64,000 nt of DNA from Botryllus schlosseri. Taxonomy: Eukaryota. The notes below the pieces were generated by a model. The model worked only from the letters and a program-made list of their open reading frames with translations. It ran no database searches and was not told the DNA's origin. Position numbers and translations under genes: made by a program. Below are positions 14,592 through 27,675 of this stretch, in pieces. The stretch's first letter is position 1, and the number at the start of each line of letters is the position of its first letter. The DNA is taken from the NCBI GenBank assembly GCA_051294905.1, contig CM119376.1:24924001-24988000 (forward strand). Direction: 5' to 3'.

Positions 14592-15093
14592 TTTTACGCA
14601 TACAGAGAACGAATCTATACCTAATACTGCCGCATATCGTTTTCTCCAAGCACAGCACTAAAATTAATAAACGTTGCTGGAGTGGTTAATCTGAAATCAC
14701 ACTCGTGATCCGAATTATATCAATCCCGTTAAGGATTTCTGTGATGTTTAGCAGTTCAAACCTTTCAAAATGCGTGGGCCTTGAAGTCGGGCTGTCGCGC
14801 CAGAAATTATACATAAAATATAATATAGGAAGTATTTACCTTAGAATTAACATGGTAAAATATATTAAAAAAAGTTTAAGTAAGTCCCTGTAAATTTTTA
14901 GTACGCAATTTATCAACATTTTTAATAAGTTTCTTGAGACTCTCGCGTTCCGCACAAAACGGTGCTGCGGGCCGTAGTTTGCCCACTCCTGCTATAGAAG
15001 ATGACAATATTAATTTACGCTGGTATGATTTTCTCTATAATGTAAACAATACACCCAGAACCGAGATGTTCGTCGGTAAGGGACGGTATGGAG

Positions 15094-15398
15094 GAGTGGT
15101 TCTCAAACTGGGGGGCACCCCCCATCCCTTCGGGGTCGTGAAAGCATCTGAAGGTGGCGCGAAGCTGCGGTCAACTGAAAAAAATTCGCGTTCCGCGCAA
15201 TTTACCTCGAATTCATAGTTATTGCTCCGAATTTCATACTAGAGAACTATCTCATCAACACTCATAACTTTTCATTCCATCAAACTGTCAATTTGGATTG
15301 CCAGCATTCTGGATGCATTTTGTGATATGACGATAAGGGGCGCGACATTTTTTACTATCATAAAGGGAGGCGTGTCTAAAAAAGTTTGAGAAACACTG
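15094..15398. mobile_element. Charlie-like MITE (305 bp)
   Basis: TIR gagtggttctcaaac/gtttgagaaacactg; TSD gtatggag/gtatagag. Confidence 0.8.
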
Positions 15399-15519
15399 GT
15401 ATAGAGAAACCTGTACACCTGCTTCATTTTTGTCACCTGGTGGAATCGTTCGAATCGGTAATGGCATTGTCACACTCACATTTCGTGATTTCCAACTCAG
15501 GTTTACAGGAACCTTAAGG

Positions 15520-15968
15520 CAGAGATGAGCGGATTTGAAATTTATATGTCCTAATCCAATCCAGATCCGAACCTTCAAATCCAAATCCAAATCCTAATCC
15601 ATAACTTTTTCATATTCAAGTCCATGTCCAATCCTAATCCGATTCCAACTGGAAATTCAGAAAAAAAACTAATTTATGCAATGGAGGGATTCGAAAATTT
15701 TCTTTCACAACCAACGATTCACTTGATTCAAGATAACCTAGTAACGATAAGTACATTAATAACTGATCTGAATAAAGTTTGTCGCCATTCGCCACACGGT
15801 TCTCATTACGACACAATTCTCTATTTCAATCTCCCTGAAAATAGGTAAATCCAATCCAAATCCTAATCCGTTCAGAAAAAAATGTCTAATCCAAATCCAA
15901 TCCAAATCCGACAAAATTTCACAAATCCTGTTTTTTCAAAACCTAATCCTAATCCATGCTCATCTCTG
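15520..15968. mobile_element. hAT MITE with AATCC(A/T) subterminal arrays
   Basis: TIR cagagatgagc/gctcatctctg; TSD ccttaagg/ctttaagg. Confidence 0.85.
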
Positions 15969-17708
15969 CTTTAAGGCTTAGTGTGTTGTTACCCGAGATC
16001 CACATCGTGAAACGTACGGATCCTAAAAATCTAAAATTAATTGAATGCTCTATTCAGCTTGGTTAACTCAGTTTCGTATTTAGTAAAACAGCTCCAGCCC
16101 ACGCCATTGCAATGGTTTTCCAGTCAATATTTGCGTGTTGTTACAACACTCAGCAACATAGTAGTTTTATAGAAATTAAGGATGGGCCGATTTTGATGCT
16201 TCAATTCTACAAAAGTGGACGAAATCGCATTCAATCCATAATAAATATAATACGTAATGTAACACTCAATAATAATAATACTTCAACTTCAGGCTGATAT
16301 TGATTCTGTGTGAAGTTCAGCGCGCCTCTGGTTATTTATTGTGGTATAAATAATTCCCGCCATGCAGAACGACAGTTACGAAGCTGTAGCAATCATCAAA
16401 GAATCAATGGGAAGATATGTAATAGTCGTGTGAAGTGTGAACACAAATAATGACATGTAAAAGCAGCTGTAACTATAGTTGTGTTTGGTGATTAATTGAA
16501 AGCTCGCAGTAAACCATATGAAACGACGCGTAAGGCTCCCACAGGTTGAGGGCCGACACTATACTGCGATGACAAGTAGGATATTTGTCGTCCGATAGCG
16601 AGTAGAGCGCATTGTCATTTATCAAGACCGAAAACAACGAATAATTTGACGTCTCAAACCGTCTCTATGTTAATGATTTTTCATCCGTCAAATCCCTTCG
16701 TCTGTGTGAGCAAGATAATGCGAATTTATCATTCGTGGCATGACCCATTATATAGCACCTTAAGTCACAATGACCGCCTCAATGCGGGGATAAGAACGGA
16801 AATGATTGGGAGCTGAAAACAACTAATCGAATATTTATCCACGTTATTCAACACAATGGATATATAAATACCTGATACGATTTATTTCATCGTTCAAACG
16901 TCAAACATTAATAACCTTCGTACATGATTTAGAGAAGGCTCTGAGGTATCACACATATTTTGTTTATCATCACACGATTCAATCGCATAAAAGTCTACCG
17001 TTGAGCCGACGGATCAATAGGCTCAGCGCAATTGTGTCGGCTACGAGGTTGAACGTGGAGACATCATCGGGCGGCGTGGAAAGTGATAGTTTACTGTGAC
17101 ACCGACGGAAGATTTATCTTCGGCGGCTATTAAAACACACGGAAACTGAGCACAATACTTGACATTACCGTTCGGAGGTGACCAAGCATGCCTTTGAAAA
17201 GACATAATCGTTTAAACTAATATTTGAGAATGGAGAACTGACAGATGCGTGACGTAGCCGCGCTGTAGCATCGGAAGTTTTTTAACTAACGGGAATTGAT
17301 TACGTCGGGCTTGACACAACACAAACTCTCCATAAACTCGTGTTTGCCTGTAGGGAGATACATATGTCATAAGCAGTCAGAAACGCGGCCTGTAGATTGC
17401 CGGTGACAATTTCTATGTTCTTTTGTTCAGACATTTACGTTGATGTCGTTTGCATCCTATTTGTATAGGACTGATATAGTGCCAATCATTATTTCCTTGC
17501 GTGCCTGTCGTTGTTGTGCCATGTGTTCTATGATGTACTGGCCTCAACTGGTCTCTGGGTTGTGATCTTACGCATATAGTGCTCGCCTGTCTGGATGTAA
17601 TTCTTCTGTGTAAGATTAAATAATTTGATTTCATAATAGAAGTCCGTCGCATGTGTTTATTGGTCTAAGAAAATCATATAACTTAACAAGAATGGTCGCA
17701 ACTATATG

Positions 17709-18586
17709 CAATGTTGGGATGACTCGAGTCATGACTTGACTCGAGTCAGACTCGAGTCACTTTGCTAAAATGACTTGACTTGACTTGACTCGGCGTATCA
17801 AAAATGTGGATTGACTCGTGACTCGGAGCAAAATTCACGAGTCAATTTCAAGTCATAAATTAATCGGTGTCGATAAAAATCACTGTATCTTGCATATGTT
17901 CGAATTGTTCGCGAAACGCTGGTGTAACCCGTGAGAGCGACCAATCATTCAATGATCGTGCGTTTTACTGAGCCTCCATTGTTCTCTAACAAATAAATCG
18001 ACCACAAACGAAGTGATCCAAGCTGACAGCTTACGTTGTCGTAAACTAGAAGTACAGTAATATATTAGAAAATTATCTACCTTAACCAAACCTCTTGTTT
18101 TAGTGATTTTGAATTCGAATATGGTTTATATACACCTCAACCATCGGCGCAGGCTCGAATTGTATCATATCAATGTGTATAAATGGGTAAAGGGTAATGT
18201 ATTGCATCTTATCAATTCGTTTCTCTATTCCCCATCTTGGTTGGTAACTATAAACTGAGGCTACGTATATGTGAGCGATACAGCGCCTTCTTGGGTGTAT
18301 ATTTAACTCTATATTCGTTCATTGCTTCAAAATCAATGACCACTGAATCTGTATTTCAAACAGCTAGCAAAATGCAATGACGTAATCATGCCTCATATTT
18401 CGAAAAGGCTACTTGACTTGAATTGTGACTTGACTCGTGACTTGACTTGACTTGACTTGACTTGACTTGACCCGACTTGACTCGAGTCACCTCCAAAAAT
18501 CGAGTGACTTGACTTGACTCGAGTCAAAATGTGCAATGACTCGAAATGACTCGCGACTCGAAGGTAGTGACTTAATCCCAACACTG
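17709..18586. mobile_element. hAT MITE with GACTCGAGTC and (GACTT)n subterminal arrays
   Basis: TIR caatgttggga/tcccaacactg; perfect TSD actatatg; (GACTT)n run near 18440-18480. Confidence 0.9.
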
Positions 18587-21500
18587 ACTATATGTGATTT
18601 CGTGCAAGCTACTCTCTCGCCACCAAACGACGCTTGTACTGAACAATGTACTGTACTTGTACATTGTACAAACACATACGAGTTTCGGCGATTCACATAT
18701 GCAGCACAATCATACAGATGTGATAGAGTCAGTGCTCCTAACATTTTCACCCATTCAAGACACACAATGTAAAATGCTATACTCAAAGCACACTTGATGT
18801 AATGAAAAGGCGGGAGAACGTTGAAACGACCATACCCATAGCCTGAAAATATCAAGATCAGTGCTCTATCTAACCGTCATGTGGTAGATGTGTGATAGCC
18901 TATTTACATTCGAATTCTTCTTATACATTAGTAGAGAATTTGTTATAGATTTATAGTCAAAATACTGGCTTGCGTTTTTAAATTTGGCGTCAAGATAACT
19001 ATAGTAAATCATAAACATCGACATTTTTCACTTATATGATCCCCATTTCAAGGAAATTTGCGAGAAGCAGGGATCTTATCGCTTCCACGCGAAGACATCT
19101 AACGACAGTGTTTACCCATGGCGCAAACGTGACAATAACTAATGATACACAATTTCCGAAACGTACTACCCGATATTGAATGAGACTCGAAGCCGGGCTT
19201 TGAAGGGATTAAGACGCAGCATTGCCACAATAGTTCCTGTAACGTTAAATAGTCTTACACAAACACGGCAAATAGAAAAAGTCACGGAATCACGTAGGGA
19301 AGATAAAAGAAATTAAAAAATTAGTGATCGCAATAATAAATCAAGCTTGTCACACTTGGTCGTGGACGCTGCAGAATAGAGGTGAAGAGTTAGGAAGTAC
19401 GCTGTCGGGGTTTCTCAAGACATGGTGTACTAATGACCTACCGTGTGAAGACTATTAGACAACGTTTCTGAAATGTAATGGGGTACATACGATTTTTCGA
19501 TACGTGTTGAGGTAGACAACTGGACATAAGGAATTTTGTTATTGACTATGTTGTTGCTAAGTCTGTAATATTTTTCGAATGATGATACAGTTTTCACCTC
19601 GGCAACTGATACAGAAAGCCGGAATGTACCAAACGACCCATCCAGTCAAGCTACCAGTTGTTTCGCTCTTATTTCATGATTATTTCTCTCTGCGTCTAAT
19701 GCTGTTCCTAAGGGGTGTTCAGCGGCGGTTGATATGGTTCGATGGCAACTGGTGATACTAGAAATAGGGGATTATGCGAACTTTCTGTTTTAATTCGCGT
19801 TCGGTTTCAGAGGTCCGTGTCCGCATAAGAACATTGGGGGTTCACTCTTTCGACATTTTTGTGTAATAGCACTCTTTTACAATATTCTTAACGTATTTGA
19901 TCAAAATCTCTTTAACGTTACCTTCCTATCTCCGCATCCCAGCGGCCGGAAAGAAAGACATCCAACACAAACAAAAAACCTATCATCGTCGAAAATTTTT
20001 CTGATTGAAATAACTAGCCATGATTGTTAACTCGCCTCTGACATCTGTACGATTACGCGCTTCGCCAAGGAAAGAGCTACAAGAGCTAGATCATGAGCTT
20101 ATTTTACGGCGCAGTGGCAAAGTTCATGATTTCTGATGAAACTACGAATGATGTTTGGGTCTGTCACTGGCAATTTGTTCCTGGGCCCAGAAGATTCTCA
20201 GAGCAGCCCAACATTAGTAGGAGCGAATATGGTACATTTGTGAACCTACAAAATCACAACTACATGGGAATTCAACCAACAGGCCGGTACAAGGTCATGA
20301 TAGGATATTTCCGATATTTCTCTAAAGTCACATCATCATGTGTGACATCCTTCGAATGACACGAAGCGTACTCTGATTAATTAACTAATTCGCTGCTATA
20401 CTCCGGCGATATTTTGTATTGACAGGGACAAATACAGCAAGGCAGATAATTGATTGGTACATGTTTGAATTCGCATTGTGACGATATTATGTTCGTGTTC
20501 ACGTTCATCATGTTTAGAGCGAACCTTTTATAAAAGCTCTTGTTCAAACGAATACGAATTTAACTGTTCTCACCATTCGTTATACCCAACGCTGTGGGTA
20601 ACATTTAGTTTCTGATATTTCTACCAACATATTCCAAATATCAATATATAGCGTGCATCTACGTTTTCGAACACATATACACAGGCTTCAATACACAAAC
20701 TGCGACGGGTTTGTTGAAAATAATATCGGGGGCGATAATATACGCAATTGTACGTGATATATTGGCCTTCGCCGGACGCATCAAAGGCTAGTTGGTGACG
20801 GATGGCTTTATACGCTCTCCGTCCAACAGGGTCTCAACAAAATATTTCAAAATGCAGCAATGTGATGATACCGCTGATATGTGTCCACCGCGATGACAGA
20901 TCCGAGTGTATACCTTTTTTGCCCAAAAAGTAGGCCGGAGCTATTCCATATCCCGCGCTCTTGTAAGATTATACTGCTTGTAAACACATTACATCTAAAT
21001 AAACAATATCGTATGACCAAAACACAGTTTCTTGGGATTACCTGCGAATTTCTGCTCGCCAGAGCCGGCATTCATGAATGGATTTTGAAGCACCTGTTGC
21101 TGAATGATTCATCCCTTTCTGCCGACCATTCAGTCTCATAAGCTTTTCCTCTTTTCAACTTGGACAGGTGCAAAGATCACAACTCCGTTGTTCGTTTTGT
21201 CGCATGGATGCGGTGCCGTGTGTTTGAATTCGAGTTACGCCGGACCGGAAACCCATTTTAACGGCCCATCGTCGTGTTATTGGCAAATATTAGCTCGCAT
21301 ATTATACGGGACCATGCGGCGTGGTGATAAAACAACGGAGCAGCGCTGCGTGTTAGATTTAATGGATGGGAAATAAACATGTCGTATACTAAGATGACTT
21401 TCCGCGAAGTTTCAAGTGGCGTCGCACTATTGGCGTCCTTCTGAACATCTGAAAGTCAATGCTCTCCTTAATATTTTACGTAAACTGCACTACGTATACA

Positions 21501-23071
21501 TTGTACCATTACGCAGTTATGACCTTATCACAGAACGCATTTAAAATTCAAATATCACCATTTCCGAAAAATGGATTCATCGGTTCACGCGATAACACGT
21601 ATCCACGCCGATAACATCGCCGATATCAAGGCGACTCTTATCAATTCCGCTTTCTCTTCCGAAAACCATAATCCGATATTTACTCTGAAAGTTCAACACC
21701 GCGTTGCAAAGGTGTTGTTCGGACGGGACGTGTGATAACTGATAACGTGTGATGCAAAATAACGATCGTTGACTCTTGAAATAAATCTAACAACGTATAA
21801 AATTCGACGTCAATCAGAAAGTGAGTTTACTGAAGAAGAGTGTAACCAAGAATACATTTCAATGGGTGGCGGTGTTTTGGTAGTAACGTGACACAACGAC
21901 ATTAACGACACAACGGATTTCATTAACTTCGAAAAATCACGGAGTATCAGCGTATTTTGCCATGTAGCCTTTTTGCTACACAACTGCGGATCACGTGGCT
22001 AGCTGGATTTGTAGTGGTTTCGACCTTTTTCTCAAGAACGATATCTCACAGCTCAAACGCCGACCACGGCTACTACAGTGTGCACTGTGCACTCAGCCAT
22101 GCAGGATGCCGGTCACCTGTGCTCAATGATAAGGCGGGTCAGAGGCTTGAACTCTGCGCATGTCTGAGAATTTAGCAATAATTCCTGATCCGTTTTCAGT
22201 TTTTATTCGCACTGCTAGCAACGTAGTTTACCATTGACGGGCAACAGCTAAAATTTACCCACAATTCTGTCATCTATTAGTGGCATATTTCACAGATGTA
22301 GTTGATTTAATTGTAGTACTATCGTCTGCTCTCGGGATTCCTGGATCACGATCCGACATATCTATTTAGTATACCGACACATGTCACTTCATTCGTATGA
22401 CTTTCCCTTTTCGTGTTTTCTTCTGATACTTTTCCTTCGGTGCGGAGTGTACAATGCCTCTTACGTAGGACTAGATATGTTCTAGGTCACGGTGGTTGGT
22501 TGTTTGATTCAAAGACTGCTACAAGTCGTTTCGACACTTTTCTGTCAATCAATTCTATCGCAATCTAGTGATGTTTTGAAATGATGAAAATGTATTGATA
22601 AACTGCGCTGATCTGATCTTAATTCGTCGAAGGCTTCGTCAGCCTCTTCTTCAAATGCTTAATGCTTATTGTCCCGGCATTTTCTCTTGCAACACATTAT
22701 TGTTAACTATCCACGTTCCGTTAAACTATGGTTTGTAAATACAATAGCAGGTATAAAACCACGGGCTTAACGGCATTCTGATACCTATAGTCAACAGCTC
22801 TACGTCATTGCGTTCGTGACGTGACAATAGCAGCAAATTGTAATAATTTCGCAGCCCGTTATCGTGAAGTTCATAGTCACGCCAAACACAACCATGCATC
22901 TAGCCGCCGGGTGTCTAATTATTGTTGAATTCTTGTTGATTCAATCGATTACTTTATTTCAAACTTATTCGATTTCGCTGTTAGTAAACTTCCGCCGCAC
23001 TCCACTGCAGACTCCATGAGGCGAACGCGACTTAGCGTTGCAGCCGAAAGAATTACGTCATGTTCCGTAAT

Positions 23072-24243
23072 AGAAATTCTCGAGATATCGACCTCTGTTT
23101 ACACAAAGTCGGAACGTGAGGCTCGAGTATATTGCTTGGAAGGCAACAATGCTAACCTTTACACCATCGACGCTCATATTGTATATTGTAAACGTTGACC
23201 TTAAAATAAACCAAACATAGTCTAAGGGTGTCTTGAACTTTGATGAATCGCCTTTCGATGAATTAAGCGGCTTCAAGAGCTTTGCGTCGATAGACGCCTC
23301 AAAAGCGAAAGCACGAGAAACAATGAGCTAACGAAAAAACGTTTTGCCACGAAGAATTTGGCACACGGTGTGGGAGTGTAAATTGTACAGCCCGATACGG
23401 TATCGCAATATAAATGAAAGATAAAGTTTCGGCAATAAGATGGCGTTATGGCTAAGCTGTGATGTTAATGTACGGTGTAGACCTAAAGATCGAGGTTAAA
23501 ACAAGGGAATGGAAGAAATGCCACTGAAACACGCAGTTGCTCTAATAAATTGGAATATCTCAAGACATGATGGCACAGACAGTTTCAAATCCAATGTATT
23601 CACGAAAAAGGTAAATTGAACTCGTAGCAATTTATTCAAAAGAAATGTGAAATTCTCGAGATAAGAAATTCTCGAGATATCGACCTCTGTTTACACAAAG
23701 TCGGAACGTGAGGCTCGAGTATATTGCTTGGAAGGCAACAATGCTAACCTTTACACCATCGACGCTCATATTGTATATTGTAAACGTTGACCTTAAAATA
23801 AACCAAACATAGTCTAAGGGTGTCTTGAACTTTGATGAATCGCCTTTCGATGAATTAAGCGGCTTCAAGAGCTTTGCGTCGATAGACGCCTCAAAAGCGA
23901 AAGCACGAGAAACAATGAGCTAACGAAAAAACGTTTTGCCACGAAGAATTTGGCACACGGTGTGGGAGTGTAAATTGTACAGCCCGATACGGTATCGCAA
24001 TATAAATGAAAGATAAAGTTTCGGCAATAAGATGGCGTTATGGCTAAGCTGTGATGTTAATGTACGGTGTAGACCTAAAGATCGAGGTTAAAACAAGGGA
24101 ATGGAAGAAATGCCACTGAAACACGCAGTTGCTCTAATAAATTGGAATATCTCAAGACATGATGGCACAGACAGTTTCAAATCCAATGTATTCACGAAAA
24201 AGGTAAATTGAACTCGTAGCAATTTATTCAAAAGAAATGTGAA
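23072..24243. repeat. Tandem duplication, period 592 bp, apparently identical copies
   Basis: 23072-23651 recurs at 23664-24243. The 12-bp junction re-copies the unit start, so gaaattctcgagata appears twice. Confidence 0.95.
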
Positions 24244-26028
24244 TATCGATCCAAGACACACTCCACTGCGGTTGCTGCATATATTTGAATAGAGGGCGGT
24301 GCTTAATGGGGGATATTGTGTTTTGTGCCACGATCACGGCCTAATGGCAGTACATTCTTGACATATCTGACAGGCTAAATAAATAACGCGGTGACGTGAC
24401 GTTGCCGGCACCGCAGTGAAGAATATTTCTGAATGGATTGCTCGTAACGAAAAATCTCGTTTGAATCGAAGACATTCGACGTATCGATGATGCCACAAAA
24501 GTAGGTGAGTAGCATTCGCGTTTTCTCCCATGTGACCTGTTGACCGCACAACTGGATTTTCATTTTCAGGTACATGCTTATCAAGAAAGAGCATCAATAC
24601 CATCGCGATCGTCGCGAAAACAGATAAATGACTATGCAGCAACGATGCGTGCTTTATTGATGACTGAACCCGTGTTATCTTGGTAATAATTGAAACTAAT
24701 TTATTTGTCTGAACTGGTTTACGGTCCGTAGATTAGTTACAAGAGGCGCATTTCCGTTTTTCGCCATCGAGTTTAAGTATAACGAGTTAACGACCTATAT
24801 TGTTGTGTTGCTGGTATCACATGTTTGTGGTGAGTTTGTAAACTACTATACGGTATATGAACACCTAGTAGCGTTTTAGCATCCGATAAATATCCATATG
24901 GCCACTTTGCCAGAAGATATTCGTGTGGCCAAAGTTCAAGAGTATATTGACAGTGGTTTTTAACTTTTACGTAGCCTAGGTACGTCATACGAGTAACGCA
25001 GGCTCGAAATAAAACCATGTAGTAACGTGTGCCGTAACAATTAAAGTCACAAAATGTCACTGTTTCCATATAGTTTCGTTCAACCCTTCTCTGTTACCAT
25101 TGTCACACTCGCACACTCTGTGCTTCAATTTGTACGCGATAAGTTTCCAAATCGCTAATTCGTATAACAAGTCAACCAGTGCTCGTGATGAAACGATGAA
25201 CGGGCGGGCATGCCTAAAAAAGAAAGGCGAGGGCCGACGGCCGAAATTCCAAGAAGATTCGGAACACTGCCTATTTGTTTACTGGAGTCAAGGTTGGACC
25301 CGTCCTTTCAGTCTGTGGCGAGCACGTCGCTGTGGAGTATTATTTAAGTTGGTATTATGGCAAAACAACACGAAGACACACACTCGGCTAAGGGAGGGGG
25401 GGCTAATTTCGCAAGCACTGCTAGTTTCCATCAACAACAAAGCCTTTTTCACCAAGCCGTAAACTGTACACTGCTCGGGAGGCAGCGACCTCGGCAAGCT
25501 TTGTAATATCCTCGATACATTTTAATGTCTTTATATACAACGTGTCTGTCGGCTAAAAAAGAGTTTAAAATGTATCGTTTTTACCACTGTTTTGAATTAT
25601 GACGACAAATAAATATTAATTTTGTCATTTCCCATTGCCTATACATTAACAATCCCATATATTACCAATAACCAATAAACTGTCTAATATCAATAAATCC
25701 ACTGAGCACCATGTAACAATTACGCGCTTTCAATCTACGCCGCAGAATATAGTTAACATTTTTGAGACGGCCCGCCAACGTATTTTCTGATGACGTCTCG
25801 TGCCTTCGCATACTCGGTGTCATATTTTCTGTATAAACAAAATTTGATACATAATATTAAAGTAGGATCAGCAGAATATGGTTAACCGGGGCCTACGATA
25901 TCGTAGGCCTCTGGTTAACACTTACTCTTGGAGGTGGCGGTTACAGTGTAGTGTCTCGTCATCTTCCGCTGCAGCACCTATGCGTTGCAGGTATAGGGTT
26001 GTATTTAAAATAAACGGTTGTTTTAAGC

Positions 26029-26896
26029 CAAGAGTGTCAAACATACGTCCCGCCAGACGATTTCATCCGGCCCGTAAAGCCATTCTGAGTAGATAAAGAA
26101 TTGCTTGTATTATCAAGCACATTTCTATGAAATGTTGAAATTTTTGGTAGGGATTACTTCCATCAAGCAACCCATCAAGGCAGCAAATGTCGGGTATGAA
26201 TAGGCCACATAACCATCCGACATTGGTATTGTAGTTTAACTCTACTCACCATTAGGAAATAAGTGGGCGACATTAACACCCAATTCCGAGAAGACAAAAT
26301 TTTCACACTGGATTTCAAGTTTCATGCACAAAATGATCGAGAAGTAGTTATTCACAGATGCGAAAACGGCAGTGCAGACTGTCATTTTCCGGTTACATGC
26401 AGAATATAATAGTTACACAGAATTATACTTCAAATATCCGTGATCGCAGTGCTGTATCTCTTCTGTCTCAAAAAGTTTCTGACCTCCACATAAACTGGTA
26501 TCACGATTTCATGATAATAGCCTAATAAACCAAATTCCAACGTCCGCGTGTACGGTTATTATCTCTTGTATTCACAAAACGCAAGGGTAACGTCAACGAC
26601 TAAAACTAGGGAGCATTAACATATGACCACTTACATCGCCGTTGGAGCTACTGTTTTAGTGGTTAATATATGTATTAAACCAGTAAATCATCGAATTTTG
26701 CCAATTTCGTTTCTTGCGAATAACGGTGTTGCTAGAATGGAACCCCTAATATCCTAAATATAATGAAAGTATTTAAGAGAAAAACGAGGCCATGGATTTT
26801 CGAGGTAACATTATGAAGTCATTTGTTTGGTGCGGATCGGGAGCGTCCCGAAGGTTTCAATTCGGCCCGCAACGCAAGTTGAGTTTGACACCCCTG
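26029..26896. mobile_element. Buster-type hAT non-autonomous element
   Basis: TIR caagagtgtcaaac/gtttgacacccctg; TSD ttttaagc/ttttaaac; CGGCCCG subterminal motifs. Confidence 0.85.
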
Positions 26897-27289
26897 TTTT
26901 AAACAAAGTGTTTTAAACATAAGTTGTAAAATTATGCCATAATTGTGTAAATACTTTCCAAAACACATGCAGTATGAGCCTACGGACAATTACCACCCGA
27001 TATAGCCAATGTATACGATATGGGATGGTTGGAACCCTCAAAATAGTCGGTTCAACAGCTGTACGTAATTTTTTCGTTTTGCTGTACAATAAATCGTACA
27101 TACACGCTCAGCTATAGATAAACGTAGTGTAAAAGCTTTAACTTTCACTGGGACGCTTTTAAATCAGAGGGGTCATTAAAGACAAATCATCCCTGCACTA
27201 GTCGATTCGATACAAACACGTGAACATCGTTGACGGTAGAAATGTATATGTGCGATCAATGCGCAGACCTCTCACATCTACTCTGTAAA

Positions 27290-27560
27290 TAGGTCCTCAA
27301 TCTCGACCGACGCTGATCCTAGCGATTCAAAATAGATCAAGGAATCACATAAATAGTTGAACAGGTCCTACAATCTACATGCCTATCGCACAAGCTGTAT
27401 TGACTTATCCCCAGCTGAGATAGAGCACAGCATATACTGCCACACGGAGTGCATAAGAGCAATCTTTGTTGTGAAGGAAAAAATGTAACATTCCTATCTC
27501 ACTGTGACTCCCTGAGATTTAGAGCCTTCCACGGGACACCATAAGGTCTGGGCGATGACA
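27290..27560 (-). pseudogene. Decayed non-LTR (RTE/CR1-like) reverse transcriptase fragment
   Basis: Minus strand reads GDKS...VR*ACRL*DLFNYLCD, resembling the RT motif GVRQGCxLSPxLFN, with stop codons. Confidence 0.4.
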
Positions 27561-27675
27561 CTGTTCAAAAGAGGACTTAGTTAATTGTAGAGGACAACAT
27601 CGGAATTACAGGCGATTTTCAGAATTGAAGTGTCAAGTATATCTTGTGGATTATTGGTGTTTCATCGCGTGTATC

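Larger units (their letters stand above)
13360..14991. mobile_element. Buster/Charlie-type hAT non-autonomous element carrying nested insertions
   Basis: TIR caggggtggacaaac/gtttgcccactcctg; perfect 8-bp TSD ctatagaa. Confidence 0.9.

Noticed and set aside
17709-18586. CRISPR-like array (repeated GACTCGAGTC palindromes; also 32100-32693)
   Set aside because: Spacing is irregular, there are no unique spacers or cas genes, and the repeats sit inside TIR-bounded elements in a eukaryotic context.
23058-23868. Duplicated 72-78 aa ORFs as a small gene pair
   Set aside because: They start at TTG, show no recognisable domain or splice support, and simply reflect the DNA duplication.
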